A stretch of 64,000 nucleotides of DNA from an uncultured Nitrosomonadaceae bacterium (GTDB lineage Bacteria > Chloroflexota > Anaerolineae > Anaerolineales > UBA11858): contig CAXMRF010000003.1 in the NCBI GenBank assembly GCA_964195965.1, positions 121 through 64,120 of the forward strand. The letters are read 5' to 3'. The notes below the pieces were generated by a model. The model saw nothing but the letters and a program-made list of their open reading frames with translations. It ran no database searches and was not told the DNA's origin. Both the position numbers and the translations under genes were made by a program. Shown here piece by piece: positions 16,343-25,646 of this stretch. Within the stretch, counting starts at the first letter, position 1. Every line of letters starts with the position of its first letter.

Positions 16343-17434
16343 ATGTACGAGAATTATTATGCGGTTATCATGGCTGGCGGCGGCGGGACCAGATTATGGC
16401 CTCTTTCGCGGAAGAGCCGTCCCAAACAAATGCTTAAGCTGGGCCAGGAAAGATCGTTATTTCAGGTTGCTGTGGACCGTTTAACAGAGTTTCTGCCTCC
16501 TGAGCGGATCCTGGTGGTGACGGTTGAAGATCAGGCCGCAGGCCTTCAGGAGCAATGCCCGGAAATTCCCGGGAACAACTTTCTTCTGGAAACCATGCCC
16601 CGGGGAACTGCCTCTGTAGTGGGATATGCTGCCGCAATTTTGAGCAAAAAAGATCCACAAGCGGTAATGGCTATCTTGACAGCTGACCATATTATTGGTA
16701 ATTTAGAGCTTTTCCAGCAAGTCTTAATCGCTGCGCATCAGGTTGCAGAAGAGGATTACCTGGTTACTCTGGGTGTGACGCCAACCTATCCTGCAACTGG
16801 CTATGGATATACACGCAGGGGAGATTTGATTGGTCAGTACCAGGAATTGGATGCTTTTCAAGTGTTGGAATTTACGGAAAAACCGATTTTAGCTGAAGCG
16901 GAAAGAATGATTTCAACCGGTGAGTATGCCTGGAATTCCGGTATGTTTATCTGGCGGGCGGATGTGATCCTGAAGGAAATTAACCGGCAGATGCCAGAAC
17001 TTTCAACACAGTTATCCCTTATAAAGGAAGCCTGGGGCACTACAGAACAGGAACAAACTATCAGGGAGGTCTGGCCGGAGATTAAACCGCAAACGATTGA
17101 TTTTGGCATCATGGAAAATGCTGAAAAAGTTGCGGTAATTCCGGCAGCAGGTTTACAATGGAACGATGTGGGCAGCTGGGAGGCAATTTTTGATTTGCTT
17201 CCGCAGGATGAAAATGGCAATATTGCTCAGGGTTGTGAACATATTGCTCTGGAAACTAAGGGCACTATCATTTACAGTGTGGATAATCCTCGCCCGGTAG
17301 TCACGATTGGGGCACAGGATTTGATTGTTGTTGATACAGGTGATATTTTGTTAATTTGCAGTAGGGATCAAGCACAGAATGTGCGCCAGGCTGTAAAAAA
17401 ATTAGAGAATGAAGGTCGGACAGACTTGATTTAG
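16343..17434 (+). CDS. mannose-1-phosphate guanylyltransferase (nucleotidyltransferase family)
   Basis: 363 aa. AVIMAGGGGTRLWPLSR and TADH motifs. No PMI domain. Confidence 0.78.
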   Translation: MYENYYAVIMAGGGGTRLWPLSRKSRPKQMLKLGQERSLFQVAVDRLTEFLPPERILVVTVEDQAAGLQEQCPEIPGNNFLLETMPRGTASVVGYAAAILSKKDPQAVMAILTADHIIGNLELFQQVLIAAHQVAEEDYLVTLGVTPTYPATGYGYTRRGDLIGQYQELDAFQVLEFTEKPILAEAERMISTGEYAWNSGMFIWRADVILKEINRQMPELSTQLSLIKEAWGTTEQEQTIREVWPEIKPQTIDFGIMENAEKVAVIPAAGLQWNDVGSWEAIFDLLPQDENGNIAQGCEHIALETKGTIIYSVDNPRPVVTIGAQDLIVVDTGDILLICSRDQAQNVRQAVKKLENEGRTDLI

Positions 17435-17465
17435 TAGTTGTCTGAGAATTTATCTGGAGGCGGCT

Positions 17466-19784
17466 TTGAAGGCTTATTGTGTAAAGTGTAAGGAAAAACG
17501 TGAAATGGGTTCGCCCGAACCTGTTTTTACCAAGACGGGGACACCAGCTACCAGGGGTGTTTGTCCGGTTTGTGAGACAAAAATGTTCCGGATGGGCAAG
17601 ACTGAGGCTCATGAAGGGCTTACTCCGCCGGAAAATACAAAACGGAAAGCTAAAGAGCCAAAACCCCGCAGTGGAAAATTAGTGATTGTGGAATCTCCAG
17701 CCAAAGCCCGTACAATTGGGCGTTACCTGGGCAAAGACTATAAAGTAGTTGCTTCTGTTGGTCATGTGCGGGATTTGCTTAGATCCAAATTGTCTGTCGA
17801 TGTTGAAAATAATTTTGAACCAAGCTATCGAGTACCTAATGATAAACGAGAGATCGTGAAAGAAATTAAAAAATTAGGCGCTGAAGCTGAAGAAATTTTT
17901 CTGGCAACAGATCTTGACAGAGAAGGCGAGGCCATTGCCTGGCACTTAATGGAATCGGCAGAATTGGAACCGGAACTGACCAAAAGGGTTGTTTTCCATG
18001 AGATCACCCGGGAGGCTATTGAAGCAGCTTTTGCCAAGCCGGCGGTGTTAAATATGGATCTGGTGGATGCCCAGCAGGGAAGAAGGGTTGTGGATCGCCT
18101 GGTGGGATTCCAAATCAGCCCTATCTTATGGGAGAAAGTTCGGGGTGGTTTAACAGCGGGACGAGTGCAGTCTATATCATTAAAATTGATTGTAGATCGG
18201 GAAAGAGAAATTGAAGCATTTAACCCTGTAGAATATTGGTCCGTCGCTGCGAAATTAAGCCCGGATGATGGTGTTGAGAGTAATACTTACCAGGCCAATC
18301 TAACGCATATTGATGGAAAGAAATTGCAAGTGAGTTCAAAAATTGAACTGGATCCAATTCTCTCAGATCTTGAAAAAGCTCATTATGAAGTCAGAAAAAT
18401 TCGCAAAGGAACCAGAGAACGAAATCCTTACCCTCCATTTATAACCAGCACAATGCAGCAGGATGCTTCCAGGCAGCTTAATTTTTCGGCTAAGAAAACT
18501 ATGGCTGTGGCGCAGCAGCTTTATCAGGGTATTGATGTCGGAAATGGTGGTGAAACGGGATTGATTACCTATATGCGAACAGATTCTACACATGTTTCCG
18601 AATCTGCCCAAACCGCTGTCCGGGAATTTGTTCAATCCAACTACGGGGATGAATATGTGCCTGACACAATTCCTCACTATAAGACAAAAAGCAAACGAGC
18701 CCAGGAAGCCCATGAAGCTATCCGGCCAACTTCTATAAACCGGACCCCAATATCAATTAAAGGTTTTCTAAAAAACGATCAATATCGTTTGTATAAACTG
18801 ATCTGGGAACGATTTGTTGCCTCTCAGATGACATCAGCTCTGTATGATACGCTTAGCGTACTTGTGGGAGGAGATGGCTCAGCCCATGCCTATGTGTTCC
18901 GCGCTTCTGGATCACGTATCAAATTCCAGGGTTTCTTAAAAGTGTACAACCGTGGCAATGGCCGTGCATCTCAAGCTGAGAAAGATCTCGAAAGTATCCC
19001 GGAAAGTCTGGCAGAAGGACAGATTCAGCGATTAATTCAATTACTGCCTGATCAGCATTTTACAAAACCACCTGCCCGATATTCCGAGGCAACCCTGGTT
19101 AGCACCCTGGAGGAAAATGGCATAGGCCGTCCTTCTACTTATGCACCCATTCTGGGGAAACTGGTTCAGCGGGGCTATGTTGTAAAAGATGCACGACGTA
19201 TGTCGCCAACAGAAACAGGAATAATTGTAAATGATCTGGTTACAGAATATTTTTCGTCAATTGTGAATATTGGATTTACGGCTGATCTGGAAAAGGAATT
19301 GGATCTGGTTGCATCTGGTGCAGAGGACTGGCGGGATACTGTTAAAGAATTTTATGGGCCTTTTTCCGATCAATTAGAATACGCGAAAAGAGAAATGCCA
19401 AAAATCGAGCCGGTATATATCTCGATTGGAAAAGAATGTCCGGAATGTGGCGGTGATCTGGTTCAGCGCTGGGGACGGTATGGGTTGTATGTAGGCTGCA
19501 GTAATAGACCGGAATGCAAACATACGGAACGCTGGATGGAGAAAATTGGTGTAATCTGTCCCCAAGATGGCGGGGAGCTAATCGAAAAGAAAACTAAGAA
19601 GGGAAGATTGTTCTTCGGATGTGAAAACTACCCTGATTGTGATTTTGCCTCTTGGAAAAGACCATTGCCTGAACCATGCCCGAGCTGCGGTGGATTATTG
19701 GTTGTGGCAAACAAAAAACATGCCCAATGTTCTGTCTGTTCTTTGGAATTTCAGCGGGATGAAATTAAAGAGAAAACGGTTTAA
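17466..19784 (+). CDS. topA: DNA topoisomerase I with extra N-terminal zinc ribbon
   Basis: 772 aa. TOPRIM LVIVESPAKARTIGRYLG. Active-site GLITYMRTDS. C-terminal CxxC...C ribbons. N-terminal CVKC...CPVC module of ~45 aa. TTG start 6 nt after GGAGG. Confidence 0.95.
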   Translation: MKAYCVKCKEKREMGSPEPVFTKTGTPATRGVCPVCETKMFRMGKTEAHEGLTPPENTKRKAKEPKPRSGKLVIVESPAKARTIGRYLGKDYKVVASVGHVRDLLRSKLSVDVENNFEPSYRVPNDKREIVKEIKKLGAEAEEIFLATDLDREGEAIAWHLMESAELEPELTKRVVFHEITREAIEAAFAKPAVLNMDLVDAQQGRRVVDRLVGFQISPILWEKVRGGLTAGRVQSISLKLIVDREREIEAFNPVEYWSVAAKLSPDDGVESNTYQANLTHIDGKKLQVSSKIELDPILSDLEKAHYEVRKIRKGTRERNPYPPFITSTMQQDASRQLNFSAKKTMAVAQQLYQGIDVGNGGETGLITYMRTDSTHVSESAQTAVREFVQSNYGDEYVPDTIPHYKTKSKRAQEAHEAIRPTSINRTPISIKGFLKNDQYRLYKLIWERFVASQMTSALYDTLSVLVGGDGSAHAYVFRASGSRIKFQGFLKVYNRGNGRASQAEKDLESIPESLAEGQIQRLIQLLPDQHFTKPPARYSEATLVSTLEENGIGRPSTYAPILGKLVQRGYVVKDARRMSPTETGIIVNDLVTEYFSSIVNIGFTADLEKELDLVASGAEDWRDTVKEFYGPFSDQLEYAKREMPKIEPVYISIGKECPECGGDLVQRWGRYGLYVGCSNRPECKHTERWMEKIGVICPQDGGELIEKKTKKGRLFFGCENYPDCDFASWKRPLPEPCPSCGGLLVVANKKHAQCSVCSLEFQRDEIKEKTV

Positions 19785-19810
19785 ATTTACTGAGTAACCC
19801 TGGTGAATGG

Positions 19811-19850
19811 AAAGCGGTGGAAAGTTTTCTTCCACCGCTTTATTATTTTA
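19811..19850 (+). terminator. intrinsic terminator after topA
   Basis: 12-bp stem aaagcggtggaa (19811-19822) / ttccaccgcttt (19830-19841), followed by a T-rich tail. Confidence 0.75.
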
Positions 19851-19971
19851 AATTGTGATACGATCCACCGGACTCAACAATTTTAACTTAATTCAGGGTA
19901 GAATTGATTTTCTTGAGGATTGGCATGGACCTTGCATCTATAGGTGGGAGGCTACAGAGGGTGCGAGAGCA

Positions 19972-20000
19972 TTGCAGGAAAACCGTCTCTCGTCTACAAT
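19972..20000 (+). promoter_or_regulatory. candidate promoter of the 20055 gene
   Basis: TTGCAG (19972-19977) - 17 nt - TACAAT (19995-20000). Confidence 0.45.
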
Positions 20001-20054
20001 ATTATCATCTGGCCTCCAGCTGCTTAAACTTTCATTACTCAATGGAGAATGATT

Positions 20055-21104
20055 ATGAATACAGTAAGGGATAGTTTTAATAAAGGAATTAATAGCCCAC
20101 CAATTATGGCCGCTGTAGGTATTGTGGTCGGGATCATCTTGGGTCTGTTATATGGTTGGGTGCTCAGCCCGGTTAAATTTGTGGATGGAAACATCGAACA
20201 ACTCCGGGAGGATCTAAAGGTTGATTATTTACGGATGACAATTGATTCCTATGCGTTGAATCAGGATGCTGGCCTGGCTGAAGAACGCTACAATCAAATG
20301 GGAGAAAATGGATCCAAAAATTTATCGGATATCGAATTTAATCCCGCCGGTCAGTTAATCAGTGATATTGACTCGTTTCGTGATGTTGTCGAGATGACTG
20401 TTTTCCCGGATATCCTGGACGATTTTGTTCCCGTGGAGGAAGAATCAAGCAATAACATTCTGAAATGGGCGCTTCTGGTTACCGCAATCCTGGCAGGCGC
20501 ACTGGTTGTGCGTTATTTCCTTGCCAGGCGTGCGCAAGGTGGAGGGGGTATTTCTCCCAAAGCTGCTGCCAATCTGGCCCAGGAAATTACTGCCAAGATT
20601 GATACTACGGATTATGGTGATAAAGGCGGCGATGCCCCGCCGATGCATCAGTTTGTGACAACTTATGTGCTGGGGGATAACCTGTTTGATGATTCCTTCA
20701 GTGTAGAATCGGCCGCCGGTGAATTTTTAGGTGAATGCGGGGTTGGTATTTCCGAAGCTATTGGCGTAGGAGAACCAAAGAGGGTGACAGCCTTTGAGGT
20801 CTGGTTATTTGATCAAAATGATATCAAGACTGTCACAAAAGTTCTGATGAGCGGTCATGCATTTTACGATGATGTCATCCGCTCGGAACTGGAAAAGAAA
20901 GGCGAACCTGTCTTGGCAGATCCGGGTGTGGAATTTATGCTCACAACCAATAATCTCAAGGTAATTGGCCGGGTAATGGATATGGGTTATGGTGAAGGCC
21001 CTCTGCCAGAAGAAAGCTTCTTCGAACGTTTATCGATTGAGTTATCCGTCTGGCCAAATGATGGTCCAGCCGAAGCAGAATCATTTGAATTTGATGAATT
21101 CTAG
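20055..21104 (+). CDS. hypothetical two-TM membrane protein
   Basis: ORF 20049-21104. The ATG at 20055 is 7 nt after GGAG. Hydrophobic helices at aa ~18-42 and ~140-158. I recognise no motif. Acidic C-terminus. Confidence 0.7.
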   Translation: MNTVRDSFNKGINSPPIMAAVGIVVGIILGLLYGWVLSPVKFVDGNIEQLREDLKVDYLRMTIDSYALNQDAGLAEERYNQMGENGSKNLSDIEFNPAGQLISDIDSFRDVVEMTVFPDILDDFVPVEEESSNNILKWALLVTAILAGALVVRYFLARRAQGGGGISPKAAANLAQEITAKIDTTDYGDKGGDAPPMHQFVTTYVLGDNLFDDSFSVESAAGEFLGECGVGISEAIGVGEPKRVTAFEVWLFDQNDIKTVTKVLMSGHAFYDDVIRSELEKKGEPVLADPGVEFMLTTNNLKVIGRVMDMGYGEGPLPEESFFERLSIELSVWPNDGPAEAESFEFDEF

Positions 21105-21118
21105 ATTCTAATTAGGTA

Positions 21119-21161
21119 TAAAAAAGCTCCTGGAGATCAAAAATCCCAGGAGCTTTTTTTA
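21119..21161. terminator. bidirectional intrinsic terminator between convergent genes
   Basis: aaaaagctcctgg (21121-21133) / ccaggagcttttt (21146-21158), with an A-tract on the left and a T-tract on the right. Confidence 0.85.
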
Positions 21162-21184
21162 TATCTGAATACTGGTTTCTATGC

Positions 21185-21658
21185 TTAATCGATTTCCAGG
21201 ATTTTTAACGAGAATTCTCCACCCGGCGTTTTGACTAACACGGTTTCACCAACTCCCTGGTCTATCAATGCGCGGCCTATGGGTGAGACATTAGATATTT
21301 TGTTCTTAAGTGGGTCTGCCTCGTGACTGCCAACCAGGTAGTAAGTTTCTGGAGGATCATCCTCTTCCTGGACTGTGACTTTACAACCGACAGCGACGTG
21401 ACCATGTTTTTGGGCATTTTCTTCTACAATAATCGCGAAATCGAGGGTGTGTTTGATCTCCATAATTTTTCCTTCCAGGAAACCCTGATCTTCCTTGGCT
21501 TTGTGGTAATCAGCGTTTTCTGAAAGATCACCCATTTCAATGGCTGATTTTAGTCTCGCGGCAATCTCAATACGGCGAGGTCCTTCCAGTTCTTCCAATT
21601 CAACCTGGAGTTCCTCTTTGCCTTGTTTTGTTAAATAAATTTTATCTTTGGACTGCAT
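21185..21658 (-). CDS. greA: transcription elongation factor GreA
   Basis: 157 aa. LT..G...L..EL..L, GDLSENADYHKAKEDQ and a typical C-terminal domain. Confidence 0.93.
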   Translation of the reverse strand: MQSKDKIYLTKQGKEELQVELEELEGPRRIEIAARLKSAIEMGDLSENADYHKAKEDQGFLEGKIMEIKHTLDFAIIVEENAQKHGHVAVGCKVTVQEEDDPPETYYLVGSHEADPLKNKISNVSPIGRALIDQGVGETVLVKTPGGEFSLKILEID

Positions 21659-21682
21659 ACTTCAATTCCCTCGTTTTGGTTA

Positions 21683-22834
21683 TTAAGGTTTTCTTGTGGG
21701 GTCGAATAATTTTTGATGTTCGTCAATGGCAAATCTGTCGGTCATGCCTGCGATATAGTCGCAGATCGATCGCTGTAACCCTTTCTTCTCTATGCCAGCC
21801 TGGATATGGGTGGGCATCATGAGGGGTTTCTTTTCATAGGCGGTAAAGAGATCACTGATGATTCCTTCTGCTTTGACCTGCATGCGTATGACCCGGTAAT
21901 TTTTGTAAAGGTTTTTAAATAAGAAATCTTTTAACTCTCGATTGTTATTCTGCATTTCATCACTGAAGCCGATTACGTTATGATCCATCTTCTGCAGCTC
22001 TTCTACTGAGGCAACTCCACTTTCTTCGATTCTCTGGTCCGTGGTTTCTATCAAGTCTTTAACTTCCAGGCCAATCATTCTGCGGATGATTCTTTTGCGG
22101 TCTAGTTCACTGAGATCTCCGCCTTTCCATCCGATACTCTTAACCAGGATTTCCCAAATTGCTAAATCTTCAAGTAAAGCAGTTGTGATTAATCCTGATC
22201 GGAGACCATCATCCAGATCATGCGCAGAATAGGCCAATTCATCTGCGGCATTGGCAATCTGCGCTTCCAGGTGGCCGCGGAGATCCGGGTCATAATCATC
22301 GGCGTCTGAGATATCATACTCTGTTTCATGTTTGACGATGCCTTCCCGGGTTTCCCAGGTCAGGTTCAAACCGGGAAATTCTTCAAACCGCTTTTCAAGT
22401 TTGGTCACAATCCGGAGGGATTGTTTATTATGGTCAAATCCTCCCTGGTCTACCATTAACTGGTTAAGAATTCGTTCTCCGGAATGGCCAAATGGAGAAT
22501 GTCCGAGATCATGAGCCAGGCAGATAGCTTCTTCCAGATCTTCATTGGCGCCTAACGCCCGGGCAACTGTCCGGCCAATCTGGGCAACTTCAAGGGTGTG
22601 AGTAAGACGAGTGCGGTAATAATCCCCTTCGGAATTAAGGAAAACCTGGGTTTTATATTCCAGGCGACGGAAAGCTGTTGTGTGCAAAATTCGATCCCGG
22701 TCACGCTGAAACGCTGTCCGGTAAACTGGTTTTACATCAGGGTATTCCCGGCCTTTACTGTCCTTGCTGCGAATGCCAAAAGGTGCCAGGCAATAATCTT
22801 CCTGTTCTTCCCGCTGTTGTCTGGTATAAGACAT
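21683..22834 (-). CDS. dgt: dGTPase-like deoxynucleoside triphosphate triphosphohydrolase (HD superfamily)
   Basis: 383 aa. RTRLTHTLEVAQIGR...CLAHDLGHSPFGH...DRFAIDEH. Confidence 0.82.
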   Translation of the reverse strand: MSYTRQQREEQEDYCLAPFGIRSKDSKGREYPDVKPVYRTAFQRDRDRILHTTAFRRLEYKTQVFLNSEGDYYRTRLTHTLEVAQIGRTVARALGANEDLEEAICLAHDLGHSPFGHSGERILNQLMVDQGGFDHNKQSLRIVTKLEKRFEEFPGLNLTWETREGIVKHETEYDISDADDYDPDLRGHLEAQIANAADELAYSAHDLDDGLRSGLITTALLEDLAIWEILVKSIGWKGGDLSELDRKRIIRRMIGLEVKDLIETTDQRIEESGVASVEELQKMDHNVIGFSDEMQNNNRELKDFLFKNLYKNYRVIRMQVKAEGIISDLFTAYEKKPLMMPTHIQAGIEKKGLQRSICDYIAGMTDRFAIDEHQKLFDPTRKP

Positions 22835-22907
22835 AATTTCCTCGCTATCCTGAAGATGGTAAGCAAATCCAGTTTAATACACTGGGTTTAGCCTGTCAAC
22901 TTACCCT

Positions 22908-24632
22908 TTAATTAGCCGATTCAATTTCATTGGTTAGCTGGGTGATTTTATCCAGGTATTTTTTTAGCGTTTGATGCGCTTTTTGATTTTTCTCGTTTTC
23001 TGAACGGATAAACCTTGTATAAGGTGTGATGGTATCTCTGATCTCCTGGGCGCTGCGATCAATTTCCTGCTTAAAGTGCCCGGTTAAGGATTCTGTGAGC
23101 TGATCGCGCATGGCTTTGACCTTTTGTCGCATTTCCTTTTTTGCGTTTCTTCGGCGGGTCGGGATGATAAACAAACCCAGGGCTGCCATCACGCCAGCCA
23201 GCAATATGCCAGTGATATCGGCCGCCATTGTGGATGCAAGGACTGCGACCAGGGTGCCCAGCCCAACTGCCCCAGCGCTAATGGCCGCGGTAGCGGCAAC
23301 CGCATTCTGAGATCGTCGAGCAATTTCATCTGCTTCCCGGGTTTTATCGTAGCTTTTAATTACCCGGTTAGCCTCATCACGGATGCTGGTAATTAAACGA
23401 TCGCGGTCATAAATAAAATTACCAATATCGCCAACCATTCGGCCCTTATGTTTTTGCCTGCCCTCGGCAACGTGATCTGTGACCGCCTGCCATTGCCTTA
23501 AATTGGCATCTACAAGCCAATCAATGATCGCTGTAACTTTATCTTCAACCTGTTCAGGGACCTTTGCGATAACCTTTTCTTCATAAATTTCCTGGATCAT
23601 ATCTTTTTTCATCAAATCAATAATCCGGGCCAACCGGATATACTCGGTAAAGAAGTCCTCTCCCCGTTGTTCCATCTCTAACAGGATTTTGATGATATCG
23701 GATATCCTGAGATCGAAACCCTCCAGCATGTCTTTTTGAAAGACAACCAATTGGTCTTCCACGTCTTTGATCAGGAGCAAGTCATCCTTGAGGAGTTTAA
23801 GGCGGTCTTTAAAAAACTCGGTATACTGGCTGGAAAGTCGCTTGCCAACACCAAGCGGATTAAGAAGTTTTAGTTTTAATCGGGCTTCCTGGTCAAGGGT
23901 ATTCAGGATATAGGTCTCCAGGTGTTCAAACCGGCTTTCTTCCCATAAGGCGGGTTGGCCTTGTTTGGCTTTTAGCGCTAATTGGGAGCTGACCGGGAAA
24001 ATTTCCGGATCGACGTTGAGGACTTTTTTGGCATTTTCGCTCACAAAAACTTGAATCTCTTCCAGGGCTTCCGGGTTTTGCAGGATATCTATTTTATTGA
24101 TTACCAGGACAACTTTTTTCCCCCAGGACTTAATTTGGTCCAGGAATATCCGTTCACTTTCTGTAAAGGGACGATCAGCCGAGGTAACAAACAGGATTAA
24201 ATCCGATCTGGGTACAAAAAGAGAAGTAATTTCTTCGTGTTCCCGGATAATTGCGTTAGTGCCAGGAGTATCAACGATGCTGATCTCTTTTAAATAAGGT
24301 GCTTTAAGATTTATGCTCTCTACATTCTCTGAAAGGATTTTCTTTTCTTTCTTTTCCCCATACCTTAGAATATTTACTTTTGTGGTTGTTGGGGTTACAC
24401 CTTCTTCAAGAATCCTTTCTCCAAGCAGGGCATTGATAAAAGCACTTTTACCCGCATTAAATTCTCCAACGACCACAAGCAAAAAGAAATCATCCAGTTG
24501 ATGGATAGAATCCATCAAGGCTTGCTGGTCTTTTTCCTGTACACCGTATTTAACCAGGGTAATTTGTAGCTGATTTAGTAATTCCCGTTCCCTGCTCAGG
24601 AGTTCTTTTTGTGTTTTATTTAATAGTTCCAT
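22908..24632 (-). CDS. bacterial dynamin-like GTPase with C-terminal membrane hairpin
   Basis: 574 aa. G1 GEFNAGKSAFINALLG, G2 TPTT, G3 DTPGTN, G4 VINKID. Hydrophobic stretch AVAATAAISAGAVGLGTLVAVLASTMAADITGILLAGVMAALGLFII near the C-terminus. Confidence 0.85.
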   Translation of the reverse strand: MELLNKTQKELLSRERELLNQLQITLVKYGVQEKDQQALMDSIHQLDDFFLLVVVGEFNAGKSAFINALLGERILEEGVTPTTTKVNILRYGEKKEKKILSENVESINLKAPYLKEISIVDTPGTNAIIREHEEITSLFVPRSDLILFVTSADRPFTESERIFLDQIKSWGKKVVLVINKIDILQNPEALEEIQVFVSENAKKVLNVDPEIFPVSSQLALKAKQGQPALWEESRFEHLETYILNTLDQEARLKLKLLNPLGVGKRLSSQYTEFFKDRLKLLKDDLLLIKDVEDQLVVFQKDMLEGFDLRISDIIKILLEMEQRGEDFFTEYIRLARIIDLMKKDMIQEIYEEKVIAKVPEQVEDKVTAIIDWLVDANLRQWQAVTDHVAEGRQKHKGRMVGDIGNFIYDRDRLITSIRDEANRVIKSYDKTREADEIARRSQNAVAATAAISAGAVGLGTLVAVLASTMAADITGILLAGVMAALGLFIIPTRRRNAKKEMRQKVKAMRDQLTESLTGHFKQEIDRSAQEIRDTITPYTRFIRSENEKNQKAHQTLKKYLDKITQLTNEIESAN

Positions 24633-24717
24633 TCATTCCTCATTCTTTCTGAAAGTGCACTTCATTATAACTGATAGGATATCCAGAACGATTGATGGTG
24701 AAATATTTACTAATTTT

Positions 24718-25542
24718 TTATATATGCAGGTGAGTCCCCAGAATTTCTCCGGAAAGGGCCTTACTAATGCTGCCGGGTTCTGCGCCAGAGAAGATCAGAC
24801 AATCCATTCCGGGCATGTTATTGATCAGTCCCAGCATTTGTTCCACTTTATCTGTCATCCCTCCGGTGACGTCCGGTGCATGGGATTGGCTGATTTTTTC
24901 AGCCAGATTCGAATGGTCTGCTGGCCTAATCCTTTTAAATAGGCGTGTGCAGTCCGGGAAATCTTCCCAGACGCCGGGGTCCTGACCGGCAAGCAGGATG
25001 CGCCGGGGTTTAAATTCATCGGCCAGGTGTACAAATAAATCCTCTGTCGATACAATAGTTCCCCCGCGGACAGAATCAAAAACCACGTCTCCAAATACAA
25101 TCGGCAGCAGCCCCTGATTTAGTGCTGAACGAATCGGTTTGAGTTCCCAGGATTTGATCTTCCCATCTTCAGTGAAAACCGCTGCAGATGGCGGAAAAGA
25201 GACAGCTGGAATTCCAGATTTATTGAGGGCAGCCATGACTAGCTGGTTTAATGAAGCGGCATCGTACCAGACCTCAGCAAATCCTAACCACTCTTCCGGA
25301 GTAGATACACCAGCGCGGGTATTATATTTTTTGCCTGAAAAATGGCCAAAGGATCCAGAACCATGTCCCAGGATAAGCTTAAGCTGGGGTTCTTTCTGCA
25401 GCACGACGGCAATTTCCTCAGTTATCCGCTGAATTACCTCGGGTCTGGCTAAGCGCGCGGTAAATTTATCGGTAATTAATGATCCGCCGAGTTTTAGGAA
25501 AACCAGTTCGTTAGCTGTTTGAGAAGTGCTGGTTTTGCTCAT
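24718..25542 (-). CDS. isopentenyl phosphate kinase (amino-acid-kinase fold)
   Basis: ORF 24718-25602 (GTG start). The conserved part begins after the Met at 25542. FLKLGGSLITDK and LILGHGSGSFGH are the IPK-type glycine-rich and His motifs. Confidence 0.75.
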   Translation of the reverse strand: MSKTSTSQTANELVFLKLGGSLITDKFTARLARPEVIQRITEEIAVVLQKEPQLKLILGHGSGSFGHFSGKKYNTRAGVSTPEEWLGFAEVWYDAASLNQLVMAALNKSGIPAVSFPPSAAVFTEDGKIKSWELKPIRSALNQGLLPIVFGDVVFDSVRGGTIVSTEDLFVHLADEFKPRRILLAGQDPGVWEDFPDCTRLFKRIRPADHSNLAEKISQSHAPDVTGGMTDKVEQMLGLINNMPGMDCLIFSGAEPGSISKALSGEILGTHLHI

Positions 25543-25581
25543 AGAAGTATTGTAGTCAGGGGTTGGTTTGGGGTCAAGAGA

Positions 25582-25612
25582 GTGAAACAGGGTCAATCTC
25601 ACCCTGTTTCAC
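25582..25612. repeat. perfect 12-bp stem-loop between the UbiA and IPK genes
   Basis: gtgaaacagggt (25582-25593) / accctgtttcac (25601-25612) with a 7-nt loop and no U-tract. Confidence 0.6.
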
Positions 25613-25646
25613 TTGGGAATCCTTGAGAATAGCGGCAAAATTTGGA

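Noticed and set aside
19855-20052. 65-aa ORF, and nested short helices (ggaggc/gcctcc, cgagag/ctctcg) suggesting a structured RNA
   Set aside because: The ORF has no RBS and spans the promoter of the next gene. The helices are only 6 bp, overlap the -35/-10 elements, and could easily occur by chance.
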